Of a stretch of DNA of 23,758 nucleotides, positions 10,557 to 21,475 are shown in pieces. Numbering within the stretch: the stretch's first letter is position 1; every line of letters starts with the position of its first letter. The stretch spans positions 18,561,689 through 18,585,446 of the forward strand of contig NC_057718.1 of the NCBI RefSeq assembly GCF_004010195.1, read 5' to 3'. The position numbers and the translations under genes are program-made. The notes beneath the pieces are model-generated. The model searched no databases and had not been told where the DNA came from. It saw nothing but the letters and a program-made list of their open reading frames with translations. Source of the DNA: Chiloscyllium plagiosum (taxonomy: Eukaryota).

Positions 10557-11185
10557 ATTTCTCATCATGGATTTCTCACCAGACCACTCAAAACATTCTT
10601 AAGCAGGCAGCAAGACCATAACTTTGCAGTTTGTTTTGGTAAGTATACAGTGAAAATTACCCAGAGTAAGTTTACTAGGTTGACTATCAGATTTTAAACA
10701 GGCAAAAGCTTATTTACAAAATTACACAATTAAACACAAAGAACAGAATAAAGAACCCCTACAGAACTCAGTCTGTCCAAACAAAACTTAATTACGCTGT
10801 TCTGAATATGCACAACAATCCCAATAAGCAAACACCTGAAACACAGTAAAAATGAAACAAAAGCTTACAGGTTGAAGTTTGAAGAGCAGAAGGAGAGAGA
10901 GTCAAGCAGCTGAACACCTAATTAGTTCAGGACTGAACTGCTCAGCTAGAGAGTGGACCACTCCCCTTTCATTGTACAGGTCACTTCTAAAACATGACCA
11001 CTTTGGCCTGAAGTCTCATGTTTACATATAAACAAAAGGACTCTCAAAATCCTCTTTCATTTCTGTACCAAAAAAGCCACCTCGGAGCCGGGAGGGTTTT
11101 ATGACCCCTCTGAAAAAGATCAAAGACACGGTATCCTTGAGAAAAGTATCAGCATTTTAGGAAAAAAGAGACCAGCTTTGTGACA
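10557..11185 (-). mobile_element. Probable solo LTR (~0.6 kb)
   Basis: The right end TGTGACA gives a TGTCACA start on the minus strand. It resembles a shark LTR family recalled from memory. GAAGG occurs at 10552-10556 and 11186-11190, but the left terminus is not a clean TG and carries a small GGATTTCTCA duplication. Confidence 0.55.
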
Positions 11186-11428
11186 GAAGGCTACTGCCGT
11201 GCTGCAGAAAGTCATGTGGGTCCTGGCTGTTTACAGTCATTCCCCGGTGGAGAAGGATTTTATTTCCCATTCTGACCTGGGAAATAGAGTGCAAAAGATC
11301 AGCTACTGATAGTGATTCCCATCAACTGGCATCTGTTTTGTGTATACACGTGCACACATACTGTCCTTAAACAAAGAACTGAGAGTGAAGTAAGAAAACA
11401 AATGCAGAAATGAACTCGATGCCATACC

Positions 11429-12157
11429 TATACCGTTAATGGTAGGGCCCTGGGGAGGGTTGTCAAAATGAGAGAACTAGGGTTTCAGATACATAGTTCT
11501 TTGAAAGTTAGAGGTAGACAGGGTGGTTGAGAAGGCAGTTAGCACATTTGCTTCATTGCACAGACCACTGAGTATAGGAGCTGGGATGTCATGGTGACGT
11601 TGAACAGGACATTGGTAGGCCTCTTCTGGAGTACTGTTTACAGTTCTGGTCATCCAGCTATAGGAAGGGTGTTATAAAATTTGAGACGGTTCAGAAAAGA
11701 TTTACCAGGATGTTGCCAGAACTGGAGGGTTTGAGTTATCAAGGATCAGCTGGGACTTCTGCCACTGGAGCATTGGAGATTCAGAGGGGGTGACTTTATA
11801 GAGGTTTGTAAAATCACGAGGGGCATGGATAGAGTGAATAGCAAAGATGCTTTCTCTGGGGTGGAGGAGTTCAAAACTAGAGAGCATATTTTTAAGGTGA
11901 GAGGAGAAAGATTTAAAAGGGATCTGAGGAGCAACTTGTTCACATAAAGAGTGGTTCACTTATGGAATGAACTGCCAGAGGAAGTGGAGGAACATCACAA
12001 CATTTAAAAGACATTTGGACAAGTACATGAATAGGAATGGATTAGAAGGATATGGGTCAAACGCAGGTAAATGGGACTAGTTTAATTTGGCAAATTTGGT
12101 CAGCACGGGTGAGTTGGACCAAAGGGTCTGTTTCCATGCTGTATGACTCTATAACTC
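11429..12157 (+). mobile_element. HER1/CR1 LINE 3' portion
   Basis: YTVNGRALGRVV..RELGFQIH (similar to YTLNG..LGSV.EQRDLGVQVH), LLEYCLQFWS, VQKRFTRMLPELEGLSY and RVVHLWNELPEEV. Tail GGACCAAAGGGTCTGTTTCCATGCTGTATGACTCTATAACTC. Confidence 0.93.
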
Positions 12158-12631
12158 AAATTGATCTGTTTCAGCATCTTTAGCAAAGCCAAATGATGCC
12201 TCTTGATCACTACATTTTGGAAAGTATTTGCAGATTATGATCAGCATCCCCTGCCTCTCCGTTACAGAGGTAAGAGCTCTCACAATTCAGAACTTCCAGA
12301 AAATTGTATTTTTTGGAAGAAAAATACTGCATTGATGTGATGTAAGTGCTGACATTTCGACAAAAAAAATCATGGTTATTAATAGTAACTCCAGCAGATA
12401 TCCATGTGATACTGGGTCTCACAGGCCAGCTTCAAATTACTGCTAATAATTCTACTAACTGTGCTGCAGAACTGACCTGCTTCTGTGGATCTGGGGACCA
12501 TTTGTGCAATAAACTGGCATTCTACTTGTTGGATTTACAAAGAAAATGTTTAAATCTCTCCAAGGTCTTCCCAGTTATCCAGTTCTTATTCGACCACAGT
12601 CTGATTGTGGCAGGCAAGTAGGTGATGAGGG

Positions 12632-13048
12632 ACAAAAGCAGACGTTACTGGAAAAACTCAACAGGTCTGGCAAAATCTGTAGAGAGAAAGCAGATTAATG
12701 ACTTGGGTACTGACCCTTTTTCAGATTTGATTGTAGCTAAGAAAGGTTTGTGATATACAGTATATGTTGACGATGAGGTGAGGGGAGGGGGAGGAGTAAC
12801 CAATAAATGGAGATAGAGCCCAGAGAGAACAGTGTTTGGGCAGACATGGATATGGGTCAGCCTGGGAGAATCAGTAGCTGTTAATGAGAACCATTAGTGG
12901 CTGACATTCATTTTTTTTTGTAGTAGCAGCCCATGTGATGACAAGTCCTGATGTGCGGGATTAAGGACATGAGAGAAGGTGCTAAAAGTATTGAACTTGA
13001 TATTGAGTCCAAAAACTTGCAGGGTCCCCAAGCAGAAAATGAGATGTG
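12632..13048 (-). mobile_element. Penelope-like element 3' fragment (GIY-YIG C-terminus, 3' UTR, pLTR)
   Basis: HLIFCLGTLQVFGLNIKFNTF in ORF 12894-13139 matches the end of a PLE GIY-YIG domain. The sequence is colinear with 17233-17565. Confidence 0.85.
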
Positions 13049-13168
13049 ATGAGGCAGCCAGACTATGGTCAGGTCTCAGCCATTTGTACTCTGAGTCAGC
13101 CATACAGGAAGAAGCAATAGTCTGAAGTTCACTCTCCAATATATTTCCTGATCAATCAATCCTATTTT

Positions 13169-13520
13169 AGAATAATTGAATCCCTACAGTGTGGAAGCAG
13201 ATCATTTGGCCCATTGAGTCTATACCAACCCTCTGAAGAGCCTCCCACTCATACGCAACCTATCTCAATAGCCCTGCATTCCCCATGGCTAACCCACCTA
13301 GCCTCCACATCCGTGGGCACGATGGGCAATTTAGCATGGTCAATTCACCTATCCTGCACACCTTCGGACTGTGGGAGGAAACTGGAGCACCCAGAGGAAA
13401 TCCATGCAGACACAGGGAGAGCTTGCAAACTCTACACAGACAATCACCAGAGAGTGAAATTAAACACAGGTCCCTGGCACTATGAGGCAGCAGTGCTAAG
13501 CACAGAGCCACCATGATGCC
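13169..13520 (-). mobile_element. HE1-type V-SINE, full length
   Basis: The minus strand has a tRNA-like head (GGTGGCTCTGTGCTTAGCACTGCTGCCTCATAGTGCCAGGGACC), the V-domain GGGTGCTCCAGTTTCCTCCCACAGTCCGAAGGTGTGCAGG and a HER1-like tail. Homologous to 18749-19083. Confidence 0.93.
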
Positions 13521-13813
13521 TCATGCTTCGTTTTAGTCTTTAAGTTGGTGTAAAATTGGACAAACCTCAATAGAATTTGATCATTTGACCAGACTTTACG
13601 TTGAGAGGAACACCTATTTACTTGTGGGGTGAACATATGCAGTCTATGATGTAAGTCAGCAATTTTAAAATCATTTTTCCCACTTAATATCACATATTTT
13701 ATAGCTCAACTGATGCAGAGATTACCATAATTTCTGTGTATGCACCAGGTTTGGTTCACAATTTTTAAAGTATTTGCTCCATGCTCCAGCTCTGACTTTT
13801 CCCTCTTTCCATG

Positions 13814-14119
13814 GTTGGTTTGTTTTACTCTGAATCTACACTCAGGTTTAATCAATCGAGCATAGTGAGCATTAAATATAAACAGACTCATGTAATCAAA
13901 CACAGAATAATTCAATCATTGGACAGGAGCTCCTTCTCCAAGGACACCCGGGCTCTAATCTCCTGTTTATCTTTTTTTTTCCTGCCCTTGCAAGCCATTA
14001 TTTGTTGGTTTGTTTTACTCTGAATCTACACTCAGGTTTAATCAATCGAGCATAATGAGCATTAAATATAAACAGACTCATGTAATCAAACACAGAATAA
14101 TTCAATCATTGGACAGGAG
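13814..14119. repeat. 116-bp direct repeat (115/116 identical) flanking a 74-bp unique core
   Basis: Copy 1 is 13814-13929 and copy 2 is 14004-14119. The single mismatch is G13865 versus A14055. The core is 13930-14003. Confidence 0.97.
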
Positions 14120-14439
14120 ACTTAGCCATATCACCTCAACCCACTCAGATGAACTGAGTATTCATTAATGCTAGATACTTGTAAAGAAAGGGAAGAGGTT
14201 TGCTCAGGACTTTATTATAATGTTGTTGGATATAATTTCCCCCTTTGGAAAGCTTGAGGTGAGTATTATGTGGGTTTTTTCTGCTTTATGCTTACCCTGA
14301 CCTTTTTCCTTTGCAAGCAGTAGTAGTTAATCTCTATTATTCTTTTGAGCAAGATGATGAATTTCCCCAAATTCATGATGCTGCTGAAATAAATGTCAAG
14401 AATGAAGCAGGTTATTAAAGGCAAAAATGAAAAATATAA

Positions 14440-15180
14440 ACCCTTTGCATTTGTCCCACATGTTATCAAGCAGTGAGAATGCTGCAAGGATGCAACCGTG
14501 CCAGAACAACACCCAGTCACTAAGGCAAATATTAAAGACCCAGTGGCTTTATATGAATTCCTGGCCATCACTGGGGAGTGTTTGAGGGGAAGGTCTGTTT
14601 ACATTCTGGAATTCCTGGCTTTGAGCAGAAGTGATAAAAAGAACAAATGACAGTGGGATGTGTGATTTGACCCTGCTGGTTATTTTCCTTCCATTATTCA
14701 TAGTGCAATGTTATCACAATTACCTGTCTCTTGCCTTAATCTTCAAGTATATTTATTCAACCTAAAATGATAAAGAAGTGTTTGGTAGAAATCATTGCAT
14801 GTCTTTATCTGGGCAGCGCCCTGCGTGCTCGATTCTATCCAATTAATTTTGTTGTATTGATTACACTGCAGTTCAAAGCCATCATTTTCATTAGAAATCC
14901 ATGCATTGGTGCTGATAAATAACTTTTCTTTTGCATCCATCTGTTTAACAGCTGGGTGCCTTTCTCTCTCTCCAGCAAAACACAGAGACGAGCTGTACTT
15001 CAGTGTGATATTATCACTTAATGCTGCCTCTCTATTTCTCCAACTGACACAAATTAAAATTCCAAAACAAATGTAACCTTCACAGGCTGCCTGCCAGCTT
15101 GGAATTATCATCAAGAGTATTCTTCCCAGTGACAATTTAGGTCTGTCTTAATAGAATGCTGTGCAAATGTTTTAACATCA
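14440..15180. promoter_or_regulatory. Candidate enhancer / conserved non-coding element
   Basis: No recognisable repeat. Eight WGATAA sites lie in 14463-15110, with a FOX site TGTTTAC (14596-14602) and homeodomain-like TAAT/TGACA motifs. Evidence is motif-based only. Confidence 0.35.
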
Positions 15181-15321
15181 CCAATGTATTCTCTCAAGTT
15201 TAGTATTCAAAGAATTCTCTCGCCTACTGGGGTCAGAAGCTGCTGCTGCCTGTTGAGACATTTGCCTCAGTTCCCTTATAGACCTCTTATTGTGCCTGCC
15301 ATTGTATTTAAATTGACTGAA

Positions 15322-15524
15322 GAGGAATCCTTGTGCACAGAGAGCAGAGTAAGTGAGGTCATTGAATAGTTTAAAGGCAGATGTGGGTAGATTCTTCACC
15401 AAGAAGAGAGTCAAAGGCAATACTTAGAAAATGGGTGATGACCACAATCGAAAGACTGAATGGTGAAGCAGGCTAGAGGGACCAAATGGCCTATACACCT
15501 GCTCCTAACCTGTACATGTATGTG
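15322..15524 (+). mobile_element. Old CR1 LINE 3' tail
   Basis: GGAATCCTTGTGCACAGAGAGCAG...TCATTGAATAGTTTAAAGGCAGA...TGAATGGTGAAGCAGGCTAGAGGGACCAAATGGCCTA...CTGCTCCTAA. Confidence 0.75.
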
Positions 15525-15599
15525 TTTTAGGCCCAAAGCCACTGGCGAAGATAAAATAACGATTTACTGTCATGTGTATTTTTACAAAAATAAATATTG

Positions 15600-16188
15600 T
15601 AAAAAGTAGGGAAAAGAGAACTTGGAAAATGAAAGTCTGAGTTGGAGAATGAGGAGTGTGAGAGAGAAAGAGAAAGAAATTGAATTTTAAAAACCTGAAA
15701 TCAGACGAGGGAAAAGCTTAGAGTAAAGAAAGAAAGCAGGGAGAGTATTTCTGTGGATAGTTCTGATTCCAATGAAGCATTTGAATTAACTAGAAATGTA
15801 CATTGAATGCCTAAACGTACAAAGGATGGATGGAGTGGAAAGATATCTCACCTCATTTGAAAAGGTAGCTGAGAAGACAAAGTGGTTGAAAGGTGTTCGG
15901 GCCTTAATGTTACAGAGTGTTTTGACAAATGTAGCTATGAATCTGTGTGTCAGTTTGTTAGCAGAGCAATCTACAGACTATGAAACAGTTTTAAAAAAGC
16001 AATATTCAAGGCTCACGAGCTTTTTCCCGCAGCTTATTAATTAAAATTCATGACTTTAAGATCAAACAATTGCAGACTTTGCAAAACAAAAAGGAATGTT
16101 ACGTGATCAGTGGTTTTGATCACTGAAGTTAGAGAAATATGTTTGAGAACTGAGGGAAATGATGATTACAGAAGAATTCCAAAATAGT
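15600..16188 (+). mobile_element. Decayed Gypsy (Gmr1-like) gag fragment with SCAN-related capsid region
   Basis: An E/R/K-rich coiled-coil-like stretch is followed by DGVERYLTSFEKVAEKTKWLK..ALMLQSVLT..LLAEQSTDYETV. After a frameshift it reads KAIFKAHELFPAAY*LKF...DQWF*SL...ELREMMITEEFQNS. This matches the Gmr1-like gag pattern FEKVA..MKWP...W.LLLQS.L...YD.VK.AIL.AYELVPEAYRQ.F...LRE.ILLEEFKN. Confidence 0.85.
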
Positions 16189-16700
16189 GGCCAAATATTC
16201 TGATTGCCAAAGAGTTATTGGAACAGCGTAGATTGGGGTTGTGTATCAGGTCCCTGATGCGACTGATTCCCTGGGACTTCTCTGTTGAATTTTCCCTGCT
16301 TCTGGAACCCTCCATAATATATATTAAAGTCAGATAATTTGGAGAGTTCTGACTCACTTACATTGAATAGTTATACGAGAAATGTTATACACCTAATCTA
16401 GCTCCTAGATAACTATTAAACTGACCCACTGACTCATCATTGATTCTTCCCTTAACTGCATCTCATTCCCCACACTGCCTGGAGTAAGACCATGAACCTC
16501 ACATGACCCTTGTCCAGCCGAGCTGGAACTGACACCCCCACACCTTCCCTCACTACAGATCCTGCTGGAGTTGATAGCACCCCAGGAAAGCCTTGCTGGA
16601 GGTGACGCCACTAGACTAAACCAACCCAATCCAGTCTGGTTGGACTCAAAATTGCACCTCCAGATGTCACCCAATCTGCATCCCTGGCTCTTCCTCAGGA

Positions 16701-16875
16701 CCCACCTTGCACTTAAACCCCCTTCACCCACTTGCTACCTAGCCCCCTTGCCCACAATGCACTGTACCCACCAGGCACACAACCCCGTTCATGCACCTGC
16801 TACCCAACCCCCCCCTTATCCACATGGTACTGGGCCCACCTAGCACTCAAACCCCCTTCACCCACCTGCTACCTA
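16701..16875. repeat. C-rich imperfect direct repeats
   Basis: A 41-bp unit occurs at 16701-16741 and 16835-16875 with 3 mismatches. A partial third copy is at 16781-16806. Confidence 0.85.
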
Positions 16876-17232
16876 ACAACCTCACCCACAAGGCTTATAT
16901 ACCCACCTGTCACACTACTCCCTTACATACCTGAAATCTCCTCATTTACGTTGTGCACTTATGTCCTTCAACTGTCAATATGCCCTGGACACTTAACTCC
17001 CAAAATATATCAGTAAGTTTTGCAAAAAGAAGTGTGTCTTTGCACATAACCCTACACCTCAGCTGAATGCTTTTTGTCTCCCTGGTTTTGTGTAATGGAC
17101 TGAGTTGAGACATGACTGACTCAGAATCTTGGCTAGAAACATCCACAAGGGATAGGGGCCATATAATGTAAAGCTACCTTTGTCATCTCTGGGGATTCCA
17201 AGAGTCATAAAATAAATATACCAATACCTCAG

Positions 17233-17890
17233 GAACAAAACCAATTGGCTGGAAAATGTCAGCAACATCTGTGGAGAGAATCCATTTACCCTTCTTCAGA
17301 ACTGATGGAAGCTAGGAAAAAGATCGTTTTTATTTGGGGATGCAGTGTGGGGGGGGGGGGGTGCGCTGTCTGGAGAAATGAATAACTGCTAATGGGGAGC
17401 ATTAGTAGCTGACAATGGGTAGTATGTGGTAATAACCCATGTAATGATAAGGCCTGGCATCTGGAGTTGGGAGAAGGCGTGAGAAAAGTTGCTCAAGCCC
17501 TAATTATTGAGCTCAGTATTGAATCCAAAAGGCTGCACAGTTCCCAAATTGATAATGAGATGCTGTTCTTCCAGCTTGCACTGAACTTCACTAGACCACT
17601 GCAGCAAGCCTGGGACAGTGATGTTGGTCAGAAAACGTAATGGTGTGTTGAACTGGGAAGCAAGTGGAAGCTTAGGGTCCTTTCTGCGGACAGATATAGG
17701 TGCTCTGCGAAGTGGTCACCCAGTTTGCACTTTGTTTCGCTGATGTAGAGCAGACCACATTGTGAGCAGTGAATGCAGAAGGCTAGATTGTGTGAAGTGC
17801 AGATAAGGCACTGCTTCTTCTGGAAGATGTGTTGAGACCTTGGATTGTGAAGTGGGAGGAAGTAAACGGGCAGGTGTTACACCTTAGGGG
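17233..17890 (-). mobile_element. Penelope-like element 3' part with decayed GIY-YIG endonuclease
   Basis: Minus-strand RCNTCPFTSS..TIQG, TSHNLAFCIHCSQCGLLYISETKCKLGDHFAEHL and SEVQCKLEEQHLI..LGTVQPFG form a Cys-rich linker and GIY-YIG domain. These are followed by a 3' UTR and a pLTR with a residual CTGAAGAAGGG. Confidence 0.92.
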
Positions 17891-18504
17891 ATACTCAGGA
17901 AACCTGAAGACCGACTTAGATGAACAGCAGCTATTAAAAGTTGGAGAATCAGTGATTCTAGCAGAAAACGATGATACCTGATGCATACTGTTACATGTGG
18001 AGGAATGGTCATATTCAACTTAACAAGGAAATTAGATGAATAGGGGATGAAGAAGATATTAGTTTTAGCAAATAATTGGGAAAACATTTAAGTCAAGAAC
18101 CGAAAAGTGATATATAATATGCTTGCAAGACTGGATTTACTAAGCTAATTGCTGGAAGCTAAATGAGACACCAACTGCAGTCATAGGAACACCTAAGGTT
18201 TGCATCAGGAATAGAAATCAATATGAAAACTATAGCTGTGGTACAGGCAAAGCATGTTCCCTTGGAACTTAATAAGAAGAAAGAGACAACTCACAACAGT
18301 TTAAACTAATTTTGTCTTGAATATTGCTAAAAATAAACAGATCACTGCAGGCACTGACCATTTTATCTCAAAGGAAAGCATATTTCGGTATGTTTCTGAT
18401 CAAGAAGGCAAACCAATAAATATATTGAGGGACACTGGAACGGGTCAGTAACAGATGCTGTTGATCATTCTATTTGTCTTCCTGAGAACTTGTCTCAGGT
18501 CTTT

Positions 18505-18699
18505 GACATTCCACTAAAATAGTCATACGTCCAGGGCCTTAGATGAACACCTCATCAAACAGATTGCACCTCTACCAGTACAGCATAACCTTATTGCTGC
18601 ACTGGAACATCAGGTTTGATGTGTGTGCGCAAGTCCTAGGCTGTGAAATGAACCTAGAACCACAAGCTTGAATACTATCTACTGAGCCACAGTGGACAC
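18505..18699 (-). mobile_element. Deu-domain SINE (SacSINE1-like), 5' part
   Basis: The minus strand begins GTGTCCACTGTGGCTCAGTAG (A box), then GGTTCATTTC (B-box-like), then a Deu-like CCAGTGCAGCAATAAGGTTATGCTGTACTGGTAGAGGTGCAATCTGTTTGATGAGGTGTT. Confidence 0.75.
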
Positions 18700-18748
18700 A
18701 CAGTTGATGCTGTGCTGTAAAGTTCTATGTTTTATGTTAGGAAAAAAT

Positions 18749-19083
18749 GGACAGCGCAGTGGCTTAGTGGTTCACAGCGCTAGGGACCTGGGTTCAATGC
18801 CAGCCTCAGGCGACTGTCTGTGTGGAGTTTGCGCGTTCTTCCTGTATCTGCATGGGATTCCTCCAGGTGCTTCGGTTTCCTCCCACAGTCCGAAGATGTG
18901 CAGGTTAGGTCAATTGGCCACGCTAAATTGCCCGTAGTGATGTATAGGTTAGGTGCATTAGTCAGGGGCAAATATAGAGTATGGGAATGGGTCTGGGTGG
19001 GTTACTGTTCGGAGGGTTGGTGTGGACTTGTTGGACCAAAGGGCCTGTTCCCAAACCGTAGGGAATCTGGTTCTAATTCTAAT
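18749..19083 (+). mobile_element. HE1-type V-SINE
   Basis: A box TGGCTTAGTGG, B box GGTTCAATGCC, V-domain GGTGCTTCGGTTTCCTCCCACAGTCCGAAGATGTGCAGGTTAGG and tail GGACCAAAGGGCCTGTT...TTCTAATTCTAAT. There is a short deletion between the A and B boxes relative to the copy at 13169-13520. Confidence 0.93.
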
Positions 19084-19128
19084 TTCTCAGGGTCACAGTA
19101 CAGGAGAGCCTCTTGCTAGCTAGTGTTT

Positions 19129-19702
19129 ATAGAGTCATACAGCACAGAAACAGAACTTTAGATCCAACCAGTCCATGCCGAACATAATCTCAAACTAAAC
19201 CAAAACCTTTCCTATTCAAACTTATCCAAATGTATTTTAAACACTGTAATTGTATCCACATCAACCATTTCCTCAGGAAGTTCATTCCACACGCAAACCA
19301 TTCTCTGTGTAAAAAAATTGCCCCTCATGTCTTTTTTAAACATCTCTCATCTTAAAAATGTGCCCCCAATATTGAATTTCCACATCCTAGGAAAAGACAA
19401 CTTTCATTAACTCTATCTATACCCCCCCCTCATTGTTTTATAAACTTCTATAAGGTCACCTCTCAATCTCCTAAGCTCCAGAGAAAAGGTTTCAGCCTAT
19501 CCAACCTCTTTTAATAACTCAAACCTTCCATACCCAGCAACATCTTGGTAAATCTTTTCTGAACCCTCTCCAGCTTGATAACAGGGCAACCAGAACTGGA
19601 CACAGTATTCCAGAAGAGGCCTCACCAATGTCCTGTACAACCTCAACATGAATTCCCAACTTCTCTACTGAGCAATGAATGCAAGTGTGCCAAATGCTTT
19701 TT
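19129..19702 (-). mobile_element. HER1/CR1 LINE 3' portion with internal deletions
   Basis: Tail ATAGAGTCATACAGCACAGAAACAG. The minus strand has RLYRTLVRPLLEYCVQFW. Homologous to 11530-12157. Confidence 0.92.
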
Positions 19703-19849
19703 GATAAGACAATCCAAGTGCCCGACAAGAGTTGCACAGCTGGAGGAGGTTCTTTGTATAAATTCGGTGGGGTTGGACTAATATCTCTTCATGTCCTGGA
19801 TTGAAAGACTTCAACCAAATACATTCCACACCTCTGCCAACCTTGAGGT

Positions 19850-20490
19850 CATAAGAAGTATCAAATGAATCTTTGACAGGGTGCATCACATAATGGCACC
19901 AAACTAAAGTGTGAAGGTGAGAAACACCAGGCATGTAGACACTGCAAGTGGTTTTGATTAAAATTATTGTTGGAGATTGCTGGAAAATTGTAATAAAATT
20001 GTAATTACCATCCCGACCTGGTATGCCTGGCACATGAGTCAAATACAATTGGTTTATTAATTTCTTTACAATGATTTGGAGAGAAAAAATGAGCTGCATA
20101 TCCAATATTAATAGAGTCCCCAAGCAGCAAAACAAAAATTTAAAAATCTAACAAAACTGCTTCCTATCCGCTGTTATTCCTTCTGAGCTGGAGGAATATT
20201 CAACTGCAAAGTATGGATGGATGCTTTCATAAAATTTCTCCAGTTACCTATGAATGCAGTTTATTGGATTTCTTTGATAACACCAACTGATACCAACATT
20301 AACCTGGTGACAAAACATGTATATTCTTTATCTTTGATGTTGCAAGACATGGTATAACAAACAACTCTTTGAAAAAAAGGGAAAGCAATCAAAATTGTAA
20401 GTGTTAGAACTGTGGTGCAAATTTTGTCATTGCAATTGATGCTGGGCAATCGATGAATAGTAAATTGTAATGTCTTACAATGCAAGGCCA
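19850..20490 (+). mobile_element. Possible very old CR1 RT remnant
   Basis: Only short, correctly ordered traces remain: FDRVHH (~19872, like FDKVPH), NDLE..SCISN (~20070, like INDLD..C.ISKF) and NCNVLQ (~20462, like KCKVLH). Confidence 0.35.
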
Positions 20491-21212
20491 AGTGCCAAAT
20501 CTAAAATCTAAGTCCAAATGCTACAAATTGGATCAAAATCCAAGTAGTCTGAAAAAACCTGAATTCCGTCCAATATTGTAGTCAGATCCAATTAGAATCA
20601 GCTGTATTTTTTTCCCTTGTAAGTTCATATATAGGAAAATATCAAGCAAAAGCAGCAGCTGGCATAGTACCTGGGTAACTTATTGGCACCTATAGGCACT
20701 GTACAGGATTACCTGGAGATTGACCACTCCACTTGTAGATCTCCACTAAATCAGTAAGAGATTAACAAACAGCACAGTGGCCTGGAACATCACTGGTATG
20801 TGACAGTAATACAGTAGCTCATGCATAATATGAGAGGCATATTGTACTGAATGGAGACAGAGGAGCAACCTTCTCAGAATTGGAAGCATTCCTTATTTAG
20901 TTATAGACTGGACTGGTGTTGCCAAAAAAGGTTCTCATGCAACGATCACATCTTACAGAGCATATTCCAAAGTTCAGTTAGCAAAGCGAGTCCATGATGT
21001 AGTTATCACACAGATTAAGTAAGCAAATTGTGGTGGTTAATAAGTCTTTGTATTTCCTACAGATAATACTGCAGTCTAGAAATAATGTTCACATTATTAA
21101 TGGTCAAGGGTTTAGCATTCATTCATCAGACATTCCTTTGTGTAGCTATTTTAACTCATTTAAAACAAAGAGGATAATGTCTACATTAAAATTGTGAACA
21201 AAGGAATGCCAT

Positions 21213-21390
21213 ACAATAACAGTTTGAGTTTATACAGAGTCCTTAATATAGTTAAATGACCCAAGGAGTTTCACAGGAGTGTTTTGAAAGAAAATGTGAG
21301 ATTAAGCCACATAAGGAGATATTGGGGCAGTGATAAATGTTTGGTCAAAGAGGTAAGTATAATAGAGTGTTATAGACAGGAGAAAGAGAT
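21213..21390 (-). mobile_element. L2-type LINE 3' terminus
   Basis: TTTATACAGAGTCCTTAATATAGTTAAATGACCCAAGGAGTTTCACAGGAG...AGCCACATAAGGAGATATT...TTGGTCAAAGAGGTA matches the recalled shark L2 3' end. Confidence 0.8.
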
Positions 21391-21475
21391 AAATTGAATT
21401 GTTTTGTTTCCAACCTTTGTCTGTAAGTAGGTTTATTCTTGTTTGTTCTTATTTATTTTCCCTTTTGAAAGAAGC

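Noticed and set aside
13814..14119. CRISPR-like repeat-spacer-repeat
   Set aside because: Only two repeats, far too long (116 bp), in a eukaryotic context with no cas genes.
14743..15135. 130-aa minus-strand ORF as an exon
   Set aside because: Non-ATG start, no recognisable protein similarity and no convincing splice pair. The region is better explained as non-coding.
15796..16044. Domesticated SCAN/gag gene
   Set aside because: Homology continues across a frameshift and several stop codons, so this is a decayed retrotransposon.
3386..17302. Other hammerhead copies (3386, 5435-5462, 7660, 10375-10407, 12695-12725, 17289-17302) as active ribozymes
   Set aside because: Each has lost helix I or II pairing, the GAAAC-GUC segment, or the ACGU palindrome through CpG decay or deletion.
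17349..17361. G13 homopolymer
   Set aside because: It lies in the variable low-complexity 3' UTR of the PLE and is an ordinary slippage tract.
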